A stretch of 33,442 bases of DNA from a virus (Duplodnaviria > Caudoviricetes), in IMG/VR virus record IMGVR_UViG_3300020539_000008, positions 1 to 33,442 of that record; one strand, 5' to 3'. Positions within the stretch are counted from its first letter, which is position 1. Each line of letters begins with the position of its first letter. The notes under the pieces were generated by a model. It was given only the letters and a program-made list of their open reading frames with translations, was not told where the DNA came from and searched no databases. The position numbers and the translations under genes are program-made. Shown here one piece after another: positions 14,962 to 26,800 of the stretch.

Positions 14962-15033
14962 GACCCTGTAGTTCAACGGATAGAACATCTGCCTTCTAAG
15001 CAGAGAATCTTGGTTCGATTCCAAGCAGGGTCA
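14962..15033 (+). tRNA. tRNA-Arg (anticodon TCT), CCA not encoded
   Basis: Acceptor gaccctg/cagggtc, D arm gttc/gaac, anticodon arm tctgc-ctTCTaa-gcaga, T arm cttgg-ttcgatt-ccaag. Confidence 0.93.
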
Positions 15034-15039
15034 TTTACT

Positions 15040-15282
15040 ATGTACAACAACAACAACCCAAAATCTAACACCCTTAGGGCGTGTGCCATGATGCTTGGAA
15101 TGGATGTCCAAGTACTGGCTAACCTACTCAACTTCTATGAAAGCGAAAAGAAGCGTTTTGAAAGTGGACAGCCGTCTGGCCTATTTGGTGGGCTGGGCGA
15201 AAAAGGGGGGGAAGCAACGGTACATCATGCTGACCCTAAAGGAAGCGGAGGACATACTCGCATATATCCGCAAAGAGATTGA
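15040..15282 (+). CDS. Hypothetical protein
   Basis: ATG 15040 just after the tRNA; C-terminal half overlaps the next ORF. Confidence 0.45.
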   Translation: MYNNNNPKSNTLRACAMMLGMDVQVLANLLNFYESEKKRFESGQPSGLFGGLGEKGGEATVHHADPKGSGGHTRIYPQRD

Positions 15283-15316
15283 TATAATCCCAGAGAGCGT
15301 CCGCTACCGTGACTAA
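15137..15316 (+). CDS. Hypothetical protein
   Basis: MKAKRSVLKVDSRLAYLVGW...LTLKEAEDILAYI. Confidence 0.5.
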   Translation: MKAKRSVLKVDSRLAYLVGWAKKGGKQRYIMLTLKEAEDILAYIRKEIDIIPESVRYRD

Positions 15317-15464
15317 ATTTAAAAAGCGTAGGCCAGAAATTATGAAGCCAGCACTCAAACAACTCACTCCGCACGAGAAGAAAGTCATCGCCACCGTTGG
15401 ACTTAAGGTGTCCGAAATGTGGAAAGACCTGTTCTCTAGGAACAAATGGAAATCTCATGAGTAA
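15309..15464 (+). CDS. Small hypothetical protein (51 aa)
   Basis: Hand-translated GTG ORF (MTKFKKRRPEIMKPALKQLTPHEKK...) that fills the gap with 8-nt overlaps at both ends. Confidence 0.5.
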   Translation: MTKFKKRRPEIMKPALKQLTPHEKKVIATVGLKVSEMWKDLFSRNKWKSHE

Positions 15465-16197
15465 AAGACAAACATTCGTTGCTGTCGGTGATAACCATGG
15501 AGACATGGTAGACCACAGCGTAGCCGATAGCCTATTTGATTTTTGTAAGTCGTTTAAACCCATGCACCGCATCCATCTGGGTGACTGCTTCGATTTTCGT
15601 AGCCTAAGAAAAGGGGCTGTCGGAAAGGAAGAAGACGAGTCTCTCTATGAAGATGTCTGTGCTGGCAAGGAGTTCATCTCCAAGTTCAAGCCAACCGTAT
15701 TTCTCTATGGAAACCACGAAGACCGACTCAGTCAAATCATCCACACATCATCTAATGGACTTAAACAAGACTATTGCATGGAACTCGACTCCGACATCAA
15801 ACGCTTTCTCAAGGAGCATGGATGCCGTAAGATTTACGAGTACCATGCTGACGAGGGAGTTCATGAACTTGGTCCGATTCGCTTCATGCATGGTTACACA
15901 TGCGGTGTCAACGCTGTGGAAGAGCATGCTAAGCATTATTCGGAGCCAAGAGGAGCAATCGTCATGGGACACATCCACAGGATTGAGCAGGTCTGTGCCA
16001 AGAAGCATGGTGGTGCGGTTGGGTTCTCGGGGGGCTGTCTCTGCAAAAAGGGGGATATGGCATACGCTAAGAACAGACTCGCAACCAGCCGATGGGGCAA
16101 TGGATGGGTTTACGGATTTGTTGAAGGTAAAAACTGGAAAATCTGGCAAGCCCACAAAGTTGGGTCCAAATTCATTTACTCCCATTCCGACCTGTGA
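15457..16197 (+). CDS. Calcineurin-like metallophosphoesterase
   Basis: GDNHG, LGDCFD, GNHEDR, MHG, GHIHR motifs. Confidence 0.88.
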   Translation: MSKRQTFVAVGDNHGDMVDHSVADSLFDFCKSFKPMHRIHLGDCFDFRSLRKGAVGKEEDESLYEDVCAGKEFISKFKPTVFLYGNHEDRLSQIIHTSSNGLKQDYCMELDSDIKRFLKEHGCRKIYEYHADEGVHELGPIRFMHGYTCGVNAVEEHAKHYSEPRGAIVMGHIHRIEQVCAKKHGGAVGFSGGCLCKKGDMAYAKNRLATSRWGNGWVYGFVEGKNWKIWQAHKVGSKFIYSHSDL

Positions 16198-16472
16198 ACA
16201 AAGCGAAACTGAAATTTCTTCAGCAGATTGTGCAAGACTCCTCTGTGGACATCGTCCCCAAGGGGTGGTTTACATCAGCGGAGTATGGAAGAAGAATCAA
16301 AAGGCATCAAAAAACCGCTCAAAGAATGCTCTCAAGCATAAAGCGAACAAGGCCAGACCTTATAAAGGAAAAAACATTCACCGTAAAAGTCGGAGAAAGA
16401 ACCTACCCAATTAAACACTACTATGTCGAAAGCGAGAAAAGTAAGCAAAGCCGAACTAAAAGAAAACGATGA
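16194..16472 (+). CDS. Basic hypothetical protein (possible DNA-binding)
   Basis: 92 aa; VPKGWFTSAEYG...HY. Confidence 0.65.
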   Translation: MNKAKLKFLQQIVQDSSVDIVPKGWFTSAEYGRRIKRHQKTAQRMLSSIKRTRPDLIKEKTFTVKVGERTYPIKHYYVESEKSKQSRTKRKR

Positions 16473-16761
16473 GACTTTTAAGGGATGCGTTTTCCTTGAA
16501 CCAAGACTTTGGCTTGATTCAGCCATACTTGGCAAGGATGCCTCTACTGGGGGCATCATCTACCATAAGCCAACAGTCATCGAATGCTTTGTGGCTAAGG
16601 ACAACCTTTCGTATGAGCAAGCAGAGGAAATGGTTGACTACAACACGGAACGCTCGCTGGCCTACATGCCATCGCCACAACCCATCCTTCAAGATGATGA
16701 TGACCAATACATCGATGAACCGACAGGCGAAGGCGATATATGGACAGAGGACGATGAATAG
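16423..16761 (+). CDS. Conserved phage hypothetical protein
   Basis: DSAILG...IIY...LSYEQAEEMVDYN...P; acidic tail. Confidence 0.7.
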   Translation: MSKARKVSKAELKENDETFKGCVFLEPRLWLDSAILGKDASTGGIIYHKPTVIECFVAKDNLSYEQAEEMVDYNTERSLAYMPSPQPILQDDDDQYIDEPTGEGDIWTEDDE

Positions 16762-16798
16762 GACTATCCTTACTTGGTAGGTAGCAAGTATGGTAGCC
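16762..16798. terminator. Imperfect hairpin at the convergence of the rightward and leftward operons
   Basis: tacttg-N8-caagta core with ctatc/ggtag extension; no clear U tract. Confidence 0.3.
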
Positions 16799-16845
16799 AC
16801 TGGCACGGACTAGTCCCAACAGCCACAACAACAAAGCCACCTACA

Positions 16846-17586
16846 CTAGTCCTGCGTACTCGGCAGTTTGCTAGTGCGTGGCTTCCTGTCAATGTGCTTG
16901 AAGGCGAAGTACACGCCATACAGTATACCAACGATTAGCATACCTGCAATGGTGTACCCGAACCAAGGTTGCATCAGCACGGTTGGGATGAAGATTGGAG
17001 ACATGATGCAACCCATACCAACAGCACCGCACACAGACGCAGTAGGATACCTACCCATGAAAATCATACCCGCACACATGAGCATAAAGAAGCCACCGAC
17101 CCACTTGCATGACGCAGTGATGTCATCGAGCGTCTTCTGAGTTGCCGCTCTCTTGGCATCTGCCTCCTTCTGTGCGTTTACTAATTCAATCTGTCGTTTT
17201 AGCGATTTATTTTCTTCGTTTACTTCTTCTACCTTTTTGTATAATTTGGTACTCTCTGCTTCAACTTTTAGTGCTACTGCTTTTGAGGCCTGCAATGTTT
17301 TTTCATCTTTCAGTGCCTTTTGCATATTTTCAACTTCTGAGGCAGACGGCTCTCTGATACCAGACAGCCTATTGTAGGTTAGCGTCAAAATATCCTTGGC
17401 TGGGCTAGGTGCGGTAATGTCACGGACAACAACTACTCCAGCACCAGCCAGAGCAATCTCCGACTCAAGGTAATCGATGTAGATTTCATGCTCTGGATTA
17501 TCAACTACCTCAACCTTAGTTACGGTCTTCTCGACAGGAGCAGACGAGCAACCGACAAGTAGAAGGGATAGCAGGGCATACCTCAC
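16846..17586 (-). CDS. Lipoprotein with coiled coil and C-terminal transmembrane segments (spanin-like)
   Basis: MRYALLSLLLVGC lipobox, heptad-rich middle, 2-3 C-terminal hydrophobic helices; next to a holin-like gene. Confidence 0.6.
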   Translation of the reverse strand: MRYALLSLLLVGCSSAPVEKTVTKVEVVDNPEHEIYIDYLESEIALAGAGVVVVRDITAPSPAKDILTLTYNRLSGIREPSASEVENMQKALKDEKTLQASKAVALKVEAESTKLYKKVEEVNEENKSLKRQIELVNAQKEADAKRAATQKTLDDITASCKWVGGFFMLMCAGMIFMGRYPTASVCGAVGMGCIMSPIFIPTVLMQPWFGYTIAGMLIVGILYGVYFAFKHIDRKPRTSKLPSTQD

Positions 17587-17882
17587 GACAACTTTCTCCG
17601 CACTCTGTCAATCAATCCTTCAAACAACTCTGGAGCAATCGCTCCGCTGATGCTGTAAAGGACAGACTTAATCATTGGTTCAATGTCCGTGTTAAAAAGG
17701 GCAAAGTACATTAGTACGCCAGTGATGCCACCAGCGGTAATGTATCTGCTCCAACCTATGAACGAATATCGTTCCTTTGTGAGTAAAAGTCTGGCGAGCA
17801 TACCAAGTGCTCCCAGCATGGCGATAATCCAACCGCCTTTGTGCAGTTCGTCAGCGATTTCTCTTAAAGATTTATCTTCCAT
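17583..17882 (-). CDS. Holin-like small membrane protein
   Basis: About 99 aa, three hydrophobic segments, basic C-terminus RVRRKLS. Confidence 0.55.
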   Translation of the reverse strand: MEDKSLREIADELHKGGWIIAMLGALGMLARLLLTKERYSFIGWSRYITAGGITGVLMYFALFNTDIEPMIKSVLYSISGAIAPELFEGLIDRVRRKLS

Positions 17883-20800
17883 TGTATTCAAAGATTGCGG
17901 TTACGGCTTCCTGTTCGCTCTTAGTCTTGCTGATTTGAATACCGTTGGGAGAGAATACCAAGAAGGTGCTCCTCCAAGCCTTGGCATCAAGGGCTTGCTG
18001 GCGAATGATGGTAAAGCCTTCATCGTTTGTGACGGTTGTCCAGTCATTATAGACAGGGGTGTTAGACTCACCCATCATAATCGGACCTTCGCTACGGACG
18101 GTAAAGGTAGTCTTAGCATCAGCCTTGCTTGCGGCCTTGTCGGGAGGAGGCGGGGTAAGGTGGTCGGGCATGTTGGCACTGCCACCGACCTCTTCAACGG
18201 CCTTAGGCTCAACCGTAGGCATGTTCCTATTGCGTTCCTTGGCGGCAAACAGTTCCAGTCTGGCCTCGGCAACCTCTTTACGGATTCTCCAAGAGCCGTT
18301 TACCTTTTCGTAATCACCGCTATGGATTCTATCCCATGCGTCAGACTCGGGGTACAGGATTACCTTACGCTTGTTGTTACCAACTTGGATGAAGGTAGTG
18401 TCAGCGTACACGCCAATCTTAGACAGGCTTTCGGTCAAGTTGGTGATGACATCGGGAGGGATGGTGCCTCCGTGCCTGTCGAAGAACGACTTGGTGAAGG
18501 TGCCAAGTTTGTCGGCAGGAAGAACCTCACTGCCAGCCATCTCCTTGGTAATAAGTGCGGCCTTCTTAAGGTCGTCAGCGAAGAAGCGGATGGCTACCTG
18601 TATGCGGTCAAGGTCGGGGGCGGTCATCACATGGGACGGATTGACCTTAAGGTTTCCATCTTCAGAGGTGTGTCCGTTGAAGAACAACTTGTAAGACTTG
18701 CCGTCTCTGAACGCCACGAACATGCCGTTCGGAGTTCTGAAGAAGGTGTCGTTGGGGTTAGGGTTGACCACGAGCGGGAAGCCCATGTCAGTCCACTGCA
18801 CTGAGGTAGCGGGGTCGGGTGACAGGAGTTTAAATCCGTCATCAATATCGAGGACATTCTGAAGGGCATCGGGTCTGCTCTTCATGAATTGTTCGGTACG
18901 ACCACGGTAGACCTTAAGTGCGGACTCGGTCTTAGCCAAGTCGATGTAGGTCTGCTGAACCCTGCGTACCTTGTCTTCCACTTCGGCAGTTCTAGCCAGT
19001 TCAATCTGAGCCATCCAGTCTCCAGCCGTGGCTTCAAGGTAGGGCTGTCTTGCTTCTCTTCTGACATCAAACTCAACCTGCCTTCCCTGTTCCTTAATCT
19101 GACCAATCATCTGGTGAAGGAATTTAACCTTCTCTTCTCCCTTAAGGGAAAGGAAGACAGCCGCATCACGAGGATTGTCGAAGATGGTTCTGAGCGTTTC
19201 GGTTTGAGCGTTGAAGAAGGTGCTAAGCATAGCCTTCTCATAGAGTGGATTGTTAATGAAGTCGGACAGGCTCTTGTAGTTACCAAGGCCAATGTTCACA
19301 CGCTCAAAGGAGTGAATTACAAAGTCCATCTCTTCGATGGTCAGTTTGTTCCAGTCGATGTTACCGTACTGGTCGAGGTTCTCTGGTCTGGTCAGTTCAG
19401 CAAGACGCTCTTCACCGCTCAGTCTTGCAATGGCATTCTTGGTCTTGTTCTGGTCAGCCATGGTTGCCTTAACCCAGTGGTGGAACAAGGTGTTCATTTC
19501 GTGGATGTTGTACTGCTGGTCAAAGGTCGGCTCCATCTCTTTAACGCCAGCAATGTACTCCTGTCTGACAGAAGGCTTGGTCTGGACAAAGTCTGGGTGA
19601 CCTTCGCTGAACATCTCTGGGAAGAACATGCTTACCAACTTCATGTCTTCAGCATCGACTCTGGCTTCACCACCCTTGGCTTGTTCAGCCTTCATTCTCT
19701 TGGCGTGTGCATACGCTCTTGCGAACATGTCAATCTGGCGAAGGCCTCGCTGTCTGCGGATGCCTACATCGATGTTTTCGTTTTCAATGACAGACTTTAG
19801 CGTAAGGTTGACACCAGTTTCCGCACCATGCGTCTCACCGTATCTCCAACCGCTAACCCTTTCTCCACCGACAACGCCAGTGACATCGCTTTCAGAAGTC
19901 TTGGGCACAACATCAGAGAAAGTTCCGTCCGCTCTCTGGGTTCTCTGTTCGTACAGAGGAACATTCTTAGTAGCAGAAGGAACTCGGGTGTTAGTCTGTG
20001 CATCAATAGGAGAAGGCATGGACGAAGCCGCCTTCAAGTCTTGAGGAAGAGGATAGATTTCTTCAAACAAATGAGGCAGAACATATCTAAGAGGATGGTT
20101 TGAAGGGAAAACCTTGTTAGGGTCATCCTTGATTCCCATTTCTTGGTACTTCTGTAATGCCTCCGCATCTTCTGCGTTGATGGTAACAAGCCGTTCCTTG
20201 ACTGCCTTAACAAACTCAGCAGTCTCATGCTTAAGTCTGGTCTGGATGATAAGCATGTTTTCGTTCTGGCGAGTGATGTATGCCTCTTCGTACTTGGCCT
20301 GTAACTCCTTAGGCATCTTCATGTAGGCATCAAGGAGAGCCTCCTTATTTTTCTGATGGGTCTTGTTATAATTGGCTTCAATCTTTGCCCAAACTTTTTC
20401 CATCTGCTTTGCCCTCTCAACATCATCTGGGAACTGGACTGCAAGTTTACGCTCAATGTTACCCTTCTGGGTGTAGATGTTAATCTCATCATTGATGAGG
20501 GTGTTCATCGCTCTTCTAAAGGTAAGGCCTTCTGGGGTGAGGTCGTGGCTCATGTCAAAGCCGTCAACACCACGGAGGTTTAGGTCAGCATCGTCAGCCA
20601 TCTCCTTCTTCGTGAGTTCATGGTCAGCCTTTTCAAACTTAGTGTTGTCCTTAAGCAACTGCTCAAGGCTCACTCTGTTCGGATTGCTTTCATCCATGGT
20701 AGACCTGTACAGGTCAGTCATGTCAGACAGACTTCTCTTAAATCTCTGGTGAAGTTCGTGAGGGCTGGTGTATTCCTCCATGACCCAGCGACCAGACATC

Positions 20801-23800
20801 GAGTCCCACTTTTCAATGGGAAGGTATCTGGAGAGGGTGAAGTAGTCAGCCTTGGGTTCAAGGTTCTGAACAACATCGGCTTCGTACTGGCTGAGTGCGG
20901 TATCGGTATCGATTTCCTTGGCCTTTGACTCGTCAATCTTCAACTGAAGTTCATACTTTCTGGCCTCCTCGGGGGTCATCTGCTTAACCACGCCACGCTT
21001 CTTGCCGATTCTGATTTTCTCAAGAGGGTTCATCACCCTGTTGTTAATCTTACCACCTCTGGCGGCTTGTAGTTGGTCTTCAAGCAACTCGATTTCACGC
21101 TCAAGACGGATATAGTCATCGCCCTTAATCTTTTCTTGAAGAGCGTTAAGCGTATCCTCAAGTCCGAAAGGTCTTACCAACTTGTCGCTGGCAACGCTTG
21201 CTTGACGGATTGCGTTGTTGATTAGGTCGGTAACAGCATCCTTAGGAAGTGCACCTCCGCTGGCAATCTGGTAGTCGGCATGCTCCATGCCAGCACCTCT
21301 CGGCTGGTACTCTAGCAGGAATTTTTCGTGCTCAAGAATTTCTGGCACATCCTTAAACATGCCGCTCTGAATGATTTTCTTTTGTACATTCTTGTCACGA
21401 AGGAAGCCACGCTTAGCCAAGAAGATTAGGTGGCTGTCTCTCTGCTCGGTAAGGATATCAATCTCAATGTTGTTCTCCTTAATGGCTTCCTGCAAACCAG
21501 TCTTGGTGGTAGCAATCTTTCTTCTCTTAAGTTCTTCAAGGTATTCCTTGTTGATTTCCTGCAACTTCTTCAACTTCTCACGGATGAGGGCAGGGTTTTC
21601 CTTAAGCACTCTGGCTACACGCTTACGCTCCTCGATGAAGGCTGGCTTAATCATCTCGCCAAACTGTTCGCTGAGTCTGGTAGCAACTCCTTGAATTTTC
21701 TGGAAGGAGGCGGTCTCGGGGTCAGTCATCTGACGCATCCACTGTCTCAACTCCTTGGTACTCTTGAAAGTATCAACTCTTTCAACAGACAGGAACTCTC
21801 CGTTCTCTCTGAACCTAATCTTAAACACATCGCCAAGGGTCTTAAACGAAGTGCCACCGCTTGTCTGTTCAATCTGGTTAATCAGAGGACCAGTGTTGGT
21901 CTTGCTGTCCTTCTTGTTTCTTCTGACGGCACTAATCTTAGACTGATTGGAGTCGGAAGTGACAAGAATCATGTCTCCAAACTTATAAACGGCAAGGTCT
22001 CTAAAGTCTCTTTGACTGTTGGGAGACGACTGCTCCGTCTTAGTTTCGATAATCTTCGGTTGATTGGTCTCAGACTGGGGCAGGTTGGGATTGTAATCTG
22101 GATTATCAATCGCTCGCCTAACCTTGGAGACACTGCGAGGGTCAAGATACTTAATGTCAGTTTCTGCCTCGATGAGGTCAATGAGGGAGCGACCAGCAAC
22201 TGCATCAAGCCTCTTCAAAGACTGGAATACAATGTCGCTGGAATTGTTCTGGTGCAGGTCAAGGATGGCAAGACGCTTGGCCTCGGCAACATTGGTAAAC
22301 ACACCACCAATCTGGTTTCCGTTGGGCTGGTGTACCGTATATTTTCCAGTAGTAGAAGGGAAGGTAAGCCGCTTAATGGTCTGCATACCTTGATGGTTTT
22401 GAATCATGTCATCAAAACTTCTGAAGGTTTCAGACTGGGTTTCACCTCTAAGGAATCTGTCCTTGTCCCACATAAAGTGGTAGCCTTCTCCACCCTCAAT
22501 CACTCCCAGTTCGGAAGCAGGAACAACGGTGATACCCTTTGCATCAGAGGGGAACGCAGACCGTCCAGCGTACATGCTCTTTTTGTCAAAAGTAAAAATG
22601 CTACGCTTGGGGTCGAACTCAAACGGAGAGTCGTAGATGTTATCCACGAACATGACATAGGCAGGTTTGCCGTTAGCCATTAAAATCTGACCGTTCTTAC
22701 CCTTGGTGCTAACCTTGTTCTCACCCTTAGCCCACTCACGAATTTTCTTGGCGTGAGGAGAAGAGTTAGGCTGAAGCCACTGCCAGATTTTGTCGGGTCT
22801 GATGTTGTTAGCATCGCCCCAAAGTTGCTCAACCTGTTTCGGGGTAGCCAGAGCAAGGTCAGCAATGTTCTGGTCAGTCCACTCGCTGAAGTCCATCTTG
22901 GTCTTCTGAGCAAGTTCCTTTCTGAGACCCTCGATTGCGGTTCTTACACCATACTCTCCAACAAACTTATCACCAGCACCTCTTCCAGTAATCTCAACCG
23001 TGACAGGCTGGAAACTCATAGAGGACGGAAGTTTGATTTTGTTAAAATTAAGTCCGATGGGATTAGCAGGAGGTTCGTAAGCCTTAATGTAGTGACCAGA
23101 GGTAGGCAGTTCTGCACGAACCAGCGGACCTTGGGCTTCTACTCTTCCCAACTTATCGTAGGTAGTGTACTCGTGGGACTCCTTCCAATTCAGCGAATGA
23201 AGACCATGCTTAAGGATGTCAGCCGCCGCCGCTCGCAGGTTGGTATTGGTCTGGTTATAGGTTCTCGTGAACGAAGCGGTGACTTCATTAAGTCTGGCCT
23301 TGGCGGCAGGGTCTGTCTTTGCGGCAAGTTCCAACTGCTTTGAGATGGCTTGCATCATGACCACAAGTCTTTCGGTGCTACCCTTCATGCCAGCAGTACC
23401 CTTCAACTGGCTCACGGCACTGTAGGCCGCATCAAGCATGTCGTAGTTCTTCTTGAGTTCTCTGCCAGATTGACGCTTTTCGACAACCTCTTCAGCACCA
23501 CGCTGTCTGGCTTCGGTAGCAGTCAGTTGGGCTTCGGTGCCATCAGAGAGTCTGTAACGAGTCTTGGCTTCGACAGCACCAAGGATATTTTCGGCAACAT
23601 CGTAGACCTCATATGCCGTCAGTGCGGTAATCAATTCCTCTTCAAGAGCCTTGAGTTCGCTTTCATACCTGCTCTGCATCTGCTCTCTACCTGCCGCTGA
23701 CTTTTCAAACTGTTCTTTTCTGTCAACGGCTCTCTTTCTTAGGGCGTGTTTACGCTTCCAGTGGTCCATCAAGGCCGCATCAACCATGTCAAGGTGACGC

Positions 23801-26800
23801 TGGACAATGTCGGGCGGCAGTTCACCGCTAGCCCTGTACTTAGCGTACTCGGGGTCAGACAGGGAGGCAATGACAGCCATGCTGGCCTTCTTGTTCTTTA
23901 CCAGTTCAAGGGGTCTACCCTTAAACACGCTCTTCATTACGGAAGAGGATGCTTCTACTTCATCGAGCAACTGAAGCGACAATCTAAGTTGCCGTCTACG
24001 AGCCATCTCCTCCTCATTGGTATTCTTGGGACGAAGTGACTTCTTTTCTTCTGCGGCAATCCTTCTGAGAAGCATGACTCTTTCTTCAGAGACTTCTTTT
24101 CTAAGTCTGTTGGCTTCGTCAGTTTTAAGTTTAAGTTCCTTCGCCTTCTGCTCAATCTGTTCTCTGGCAGTAAGCACAGGCTTCTTCGTTTGCCTAGGGG
24201 CGAACACACCAAAGATACCTTCGTCAAAGTTATTTCCGTCAGCCTGTTTGAAGAACTTGGTATCATGGAACGACACAGCCTTGTTGCCGTTCTCATCTCT
24301 AAAGATGTATGCGTACTGCTTACCTTGCTCTGGACCCCAGCCAATATCAAGGACATGGGTCATTGACTCAAAAGTGATGGGTCTCTCGACTCTACTGTGG
24401 TCAATAATAAAACCATGTTCATGGCTAAGGTAGCCAGCGGTAGCCTCGCCAAATGCTTCTAAGGCATGGCTTTCATCGAAGTAGGCAAACATAGTGCCAC
24501 TGGGATGCTTAGCCACATACATGCGGAACGGCTCTCCAGTCTTAGACTTAAACCAAGACCTGTCGGTAAACTCGGAGTCGGCCTTGGTCATTTCAAAGGC
24601 CAGATGGTCTCTGTTCTTTCTCTGTCTGGGCTGGAAGCCACCCTTGGGCGGGACAATTCCAGCAAGAACTTCAATCTGACCGTGAGTTCTGATGAACCTT
24701 TTAGCATCCTTAACATCTGCAAGAACCCAGTCTGGACTACCGTAACTGGTATTCATGTTCATGTGCACATTCTCATTACCAAGCATTTTAATTCTTTGGT
24801 GAATGGGGATTGCCATATCGTTAATGATGGTAGACTTAACAAAGCCTACCCCTCTTCTGTAAAGATGTTCAAAGGCTTCTGCGTAAAGCAGGTCGGAACC
24901 TCCAAGGCCTCTGTAGGGGGACTGGACATCAACACCACCGATGCTTCCAACTCGGAACGCATCTCTGTACTGTTGCGGAATACCCTGTAGGTTAAGCCAA
25001 CCAGTATCAACGGCACTTGCAAAACTTCTCATCTGACCAACAGCCAGACCAAAGGCTTGAGGCTCGGTGCTAAATCCGTTAGTTCTGTTAGGGTCTCTGA
25101 GGGAGATTTGCCAAGAGGCTTGATGCGGGTAAGCAAAAGCCGCTCGTCTTGAACTCATGCTTCTCGGGTAATCTCTGAACTCAGTCTTCTTGTAAATCAA
25201 GTCTCTGACATCCACTTCGCTGACTCTATCGGAAGTAATACCGCCAAACTGTTCGTTCTGTCTGACGAGTCTTCTCGTGGTCATGTACCCTTCGGAAATG
25301 GGTTCGTGCCACTGAAGTTCAGAATCAACTCTGTCGCCAGTTCTGGAGTAAGAGTCATCTCTCACTCTCGGTTCGGGCAGTCTCTGTCTGGGATTGAAGT
25401 TACCCTGTGCCTTTTCGTAGGCATGGTCGTGACTGTAGAAGAAGCCCTCGCCATGCATGTGGCGAATCTTGCCACTGATTCTATCAAGACGAAAAGAAGT
25501 CCACGGAGTGAACGCTTCGTTCATCTGGCTGTTTCTAAGTTGGGCGTGAAGCGGGTAGTTGTAACCCTTTCTCTGCATGTAGGACGCATCAAATCCTTCC
25601 TTAGGAGGATGAGCACCAATCACAGCGTTGATGATGTCACGCTTGGCTCTGCCAATCTTACCGCCACCAAAGAACTCGGCACCAGCCATAGCGATGTCGC
25701 CACGGCTATAGTTGCTGAGCAGTCTCTTAACATCGTAATGAATTTCCGCTTCGGAAGAATAGACAGCCTTGATGTAACCGTTGCCAATTGAACGCACATC
25801 GTCAGTCGGACGCATGTGGTTGAACATGTAGTTCACTCTTCTGTCGATGGCGTAGTAGTCGATACCATTGACCATCAACTTAGGCTTGCCGACCTTCCAG
25901 TAAATGTCGGGGTCATCGATTCCAAGTTTCTCACGGTCTTTCTTGGTGAGTCTCTTACGCTCGTAAGAAAGGATTACTTCGTAAGGGATGACATGCCTTT
26001 CCTTAACCGTTCCAGCATATCGAGTATTGTCTTCACCAGTCGGAGAACCTTTGAGAGTGTGAGAGAACTTCTGCGTTTGTGCACTTTCATAAGTAAACTG
26101 GAGTAGGTTGTTTCCATCGATGCCAGCCTTGTAGGCGGTCTCGGTTAGAGCCATAAGCCTGTTGGCAATCGTAGAGCCGAACGCATCTTCAAACAGTTCG
26201 TACTCAGCCTTGGTCATCATGCCCTTAATCTTAAACTGCTTCGGGCCTTCGTACTGGGCAAGTTCGGCACCCTCTTCGATAGAGCCAATGGTATCTCCAT
26301 CAACTTCATCGGTAATCTCGGCACTATCCTTCTTGTTCTTTTCAAGACGCTTGGCGGTTCTCTGTGCGTCTCTTTCAAGTTTACGCTGGTTCTTTTCGTA
26401 CTCCTTGTTCGCCTTAGTAATTTCTGCCTTGGTCGATTCAAGAGAGCCTCTTCTGGAGCGAGCGGCATACGAACCAGAATAGGCGGCTTCTTCCTTTGTC
26501 TTAACTTCAACAAGGGAGAGACCCTTCTCTTCTGGCTTAAGTTTGGAAAGGCCAGCAATCAAGTTGGTGAACCTTCCTTCCTGCTCGGTATTGTACTCTT
26601 CTTCGGTCTTAGGAATAAATCTTCCGTTTACATCTTTCTTGTACAGGTGGTCGAGACCCTTGAAGGTAATCTCGTGGTCGGCAAGGCCTTCAGTGACCCT
26701 AGATGGGAAGCCTCGGACGGTGTCCTTATCTCTCCTCATCTTGTCTACCACAATCTTCATTACTCTATCGAGTTCGGGGACAACAACTCGCTTGCCCTTT

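Noticed and set aside
15010-15039. ORF start inside the tRNA
   Set aside because: Overlaps the tRNA T arm; ATG 15040 preferred
16595-16840. Minus-strand ORF MALLLWLLGLV... after the spanin-like gene
   Set aside because: Its hydrophobicity follows from a G/T-rich tract, and it runs antisense into a credible plus-strand gene
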